DNA of 64,000 nucleotides. Source: Camelus ferus (lineage: Eukaryota). The position numbers and the translations under genes are program-made. A model generated the notes under the pieces. It worked only from the letters and a program-made list of their open reading frames with translations, ran no database searches and was not told where the DNA came from. The stretch is taken from assembly GCF_009834535.1 (NCBI RefSeq), contig NC_045696.1:72232001-72296000 (forward strand), in the 5' to 3' direction. Below are positions 61,391 to 64,000 of this stretch, one piece after another (within the stretch, counting starts at the first letter, position 1; the number at the start of each line of letters is the position of its first letter).

Positions 61391-64000
61391 AACTAATTGA
61401 AATCCTTAGTTTCTTTTCATTTAGTAGGTACATTTTAAAATGTCACGTTTCCCTCTGCATACAAACATGCATGTACAGAAGTACATTGTCTTTGGATTCA
61501 ACTACCTCTGACAATTAACTATCTAATTAATTAATCATCTGATAATTAAAATGACCTCCTTTTGGCTGATATTGGATCCCAAGAAAGGTTCAAAAGAAAC
61601 TTGACACATCATGTTGTGTCATGTTCCATTGTGAGACACCCCTGCTCTTTCTCACATCACGTCATATCTGATCACATGGTGGTAATGATAACTTGAACAA
61701 AATGTAGTGACATATCAGAAAAAATTCAGTACATTAGATTTATATAAAGTCATTCATTCTTCACTCTTTCAAAATGGTATAGTCACTAGGCAAAGTTGGC
61801 AAACTTAGCACCTTTTAACCATCAGCAAATCTATGATTCTATTTATTAGGTAGGTTCATACACTGGACTTAGCCCTTCCTTGAACTTAGAATTTGAGGTT
61901 TTGATTAAGGCATTTTGGACAACACATGGGCTTATGTGGCTTATAGAATTTTCACGATCCTGTATTTTTGCCTACAGAATTCTTAAGTTAGCATTAATTC
62001 TCACAGTGAGAGAAATTTAGAATATAGAACTTTTTAGTGGATTTGGGACACACCATTTTAATCCTCTGTCTCCAAAAAAAGTGATAAGAATTAGAATTGC
62101 AATGGAAACTCTGAAGGAAAATTCAAACTTCATGGACTTCATTCAGTATTCTATATTCATGGCAGTCTCACTTATAGCAGTAGTATTACCTTTATATTAA
62201 TGGAAACATCTTTGGTTCCAGGGTGGTGTACTGATTTCCAAAATGAAACTAGGATTCTGTGGCCTTGTGGAATACAGTAAGTCCATAGTAAGATGATACA
62301 TTTTTAGCATTGTATGATAAAGATTTTAACATGTAGTATGCATGAGACTTAGCTCAAAGCTCTAATTTTCACTTACTGTGATTAATGTATTATGTTATTA
62401 TGGAGTAGTATGGAATTTAGGGAGGACTTACACAGTAAAAGTGACCTATGGCTGACACACTGTATCTTTAGTAAGCTACAGATGACATGGGTCTCTTCTC
62501 AGAGGGGATATTGGCTTTCTGTATATAATTAATAACAAGAAAACTGTATCCTGACTCTAAGGCCTGCAGTAGCATCCTGGAACAAAAAGGGCCATAAATT
62601 AACATCAATTATGTATTAAAGTTCCAATTAACCTGGCTGACACTGATATACTTTAACAAGGCACATTTAGATAAAAGAAGAAACTCTCTAATTACTTGGG
62701 ACAGGACCTTATGACCGATTTTGTTCTTTATCCCAATTCCAACCTAATGAAGAATGATGAGAGAGGGGAAAAGTTCCATAGAAGGTGACAATGCAGCACC
62801 AGAAGATACCCTCTGGGATACCCTTTAACCATCAAAAACTCTCCACCATGAATATTTTATTATACTTATATTCTCAAAAGTAAATACCCCATTAAAGAAG
62901 AAGGGTACCCTAAGGTTGAAAATGCTGTCATCCTTTGAGATTTCCCACCTGGACTGGTTGAGCATATTATAAACTTTAAATAGGAGCCCCCCATTCTGCC
63001 TGGGCCTATTTTAGATGTGTTCTCTAAGAGAGGAGCTCATTGGTCATGATTCCCTCAGCACTGCTCACTCTCTCCATCCTTCAAATATTTGGACAGCCTT
63101 TCTGTTTTCTGTTTCAGGCAAGAGAATTCTGGTCCCTGGTCCCCATCTGTTCTCCAGGTGGCTCCTTGGATTTTGTTCATCTTCATCCCCTGTCCATTGT
63201 CTGGGCATCTTGCCCACTTAGATCTCTAGGTCTTTGTGTCCCTCCTGGTGTCCCTTGGTCAGTTCAGTTTCATCCAAAATTGCCTGTGCTCCTTCTAGGC
63301 TGCACATTACATGCTTTGAAGTGTTTCTTCATCTGAAAATACAGAAATAGTATATGAAGATGTGCATAGAGTGGATGGGAGAGAAAATGTGGTAACTGTG
63401 GGCTACAGGGAAGGAGTGGGAGCAAGATAGGTCTCAATAACTTAGGAGCCAGAGGAGGGAAGAACACACAAAATAAAATAAGAAGTTGCTTGTCTTTATT
63501 GTACTTCTGTCTTCTATGGATCATTATCAAATGTTATCATTTGCTTTCCTGCAGTGATCTCCTTTTAGGTACCTGCTCACTTCTTGACATTTCCTGGAGC
63601 CTCTGCTCTAACTCACCCTCCCAGCAGATAGAGGAGCCTTGTCTCACTCTGTATCCAATCAGGTTTCCCTGTTCATCCCCTTTTCTTCCCCCATCAAATA
63701 GTCTAAGGCATAAATAATTTCTTCAAGGCTCTTCCCTGCCTACATCCAAAATGAGACTAACTTTTTATAGACATGAACTCAGCTTTTAGCCAAATATGAA
63801 ATTAAAAAAAATTAAGAAATGCATCTAAATAGAGCAGAATTTCTACTTATACATTTGGATAAATATATCTCAGTTCTTTCAGGGCCACAGATATGTGTGA
63901 ATAGATACTTAGATCTATCTAAGTATCAGTAAGTATCTAGAAGAGATGCTGAATAGAGATGAAAGTAGACATACAGAAATTAAATGTTGGCAACATATGT

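Noticed and set aside
1..64000. Prokaryote-type systems (CRISPR arrays, operons, defence islands) or rRNA genes
   Set aside because: Sequence is mammalian repeat-rich non-coding DNA with no repeat-spacer arrays, rRNA similarity or dense coding regions

Overview
Mammalian non-coding genomic DNA, very likely camelid (camel/alpaca/llama), inferred from six copies of a tRNA-Ala-derived SINE of the vic-1 type and a young lineage-type LINE-1 family. Much of the window is interspersed repeat: young and old L1 (a ~5 kb truncated copy at 55.4-60.4 kb, a nested L1/L1/SINE stack at 48.7-51.3 kb), L2, MIR, MaLR/ERVL/ERV1 LTRs (five packed into 26.6-32.8 kb, including a MER41-like LTR that keeps a STAT GAS site), and hAT DNA-transposon fossils. 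I recognise no protein-coding gene, and every ORF-track entry I can identify is L1, SINE or low-complexity sequence. The main unique features are a CpG island at ~53.8-54.6 kb with candidate minus-strand exons, an enhancer-like block at ~19.0-19.5 kb overlapped by a 249-codon antisense ORF, and several palindromes and degenerate tandem repeats. I cannot demonstrate a new biological system; the findings are hypotheses. Repeat family names come from remembered consensus sequences, and boundaries of old repeats are approximate.
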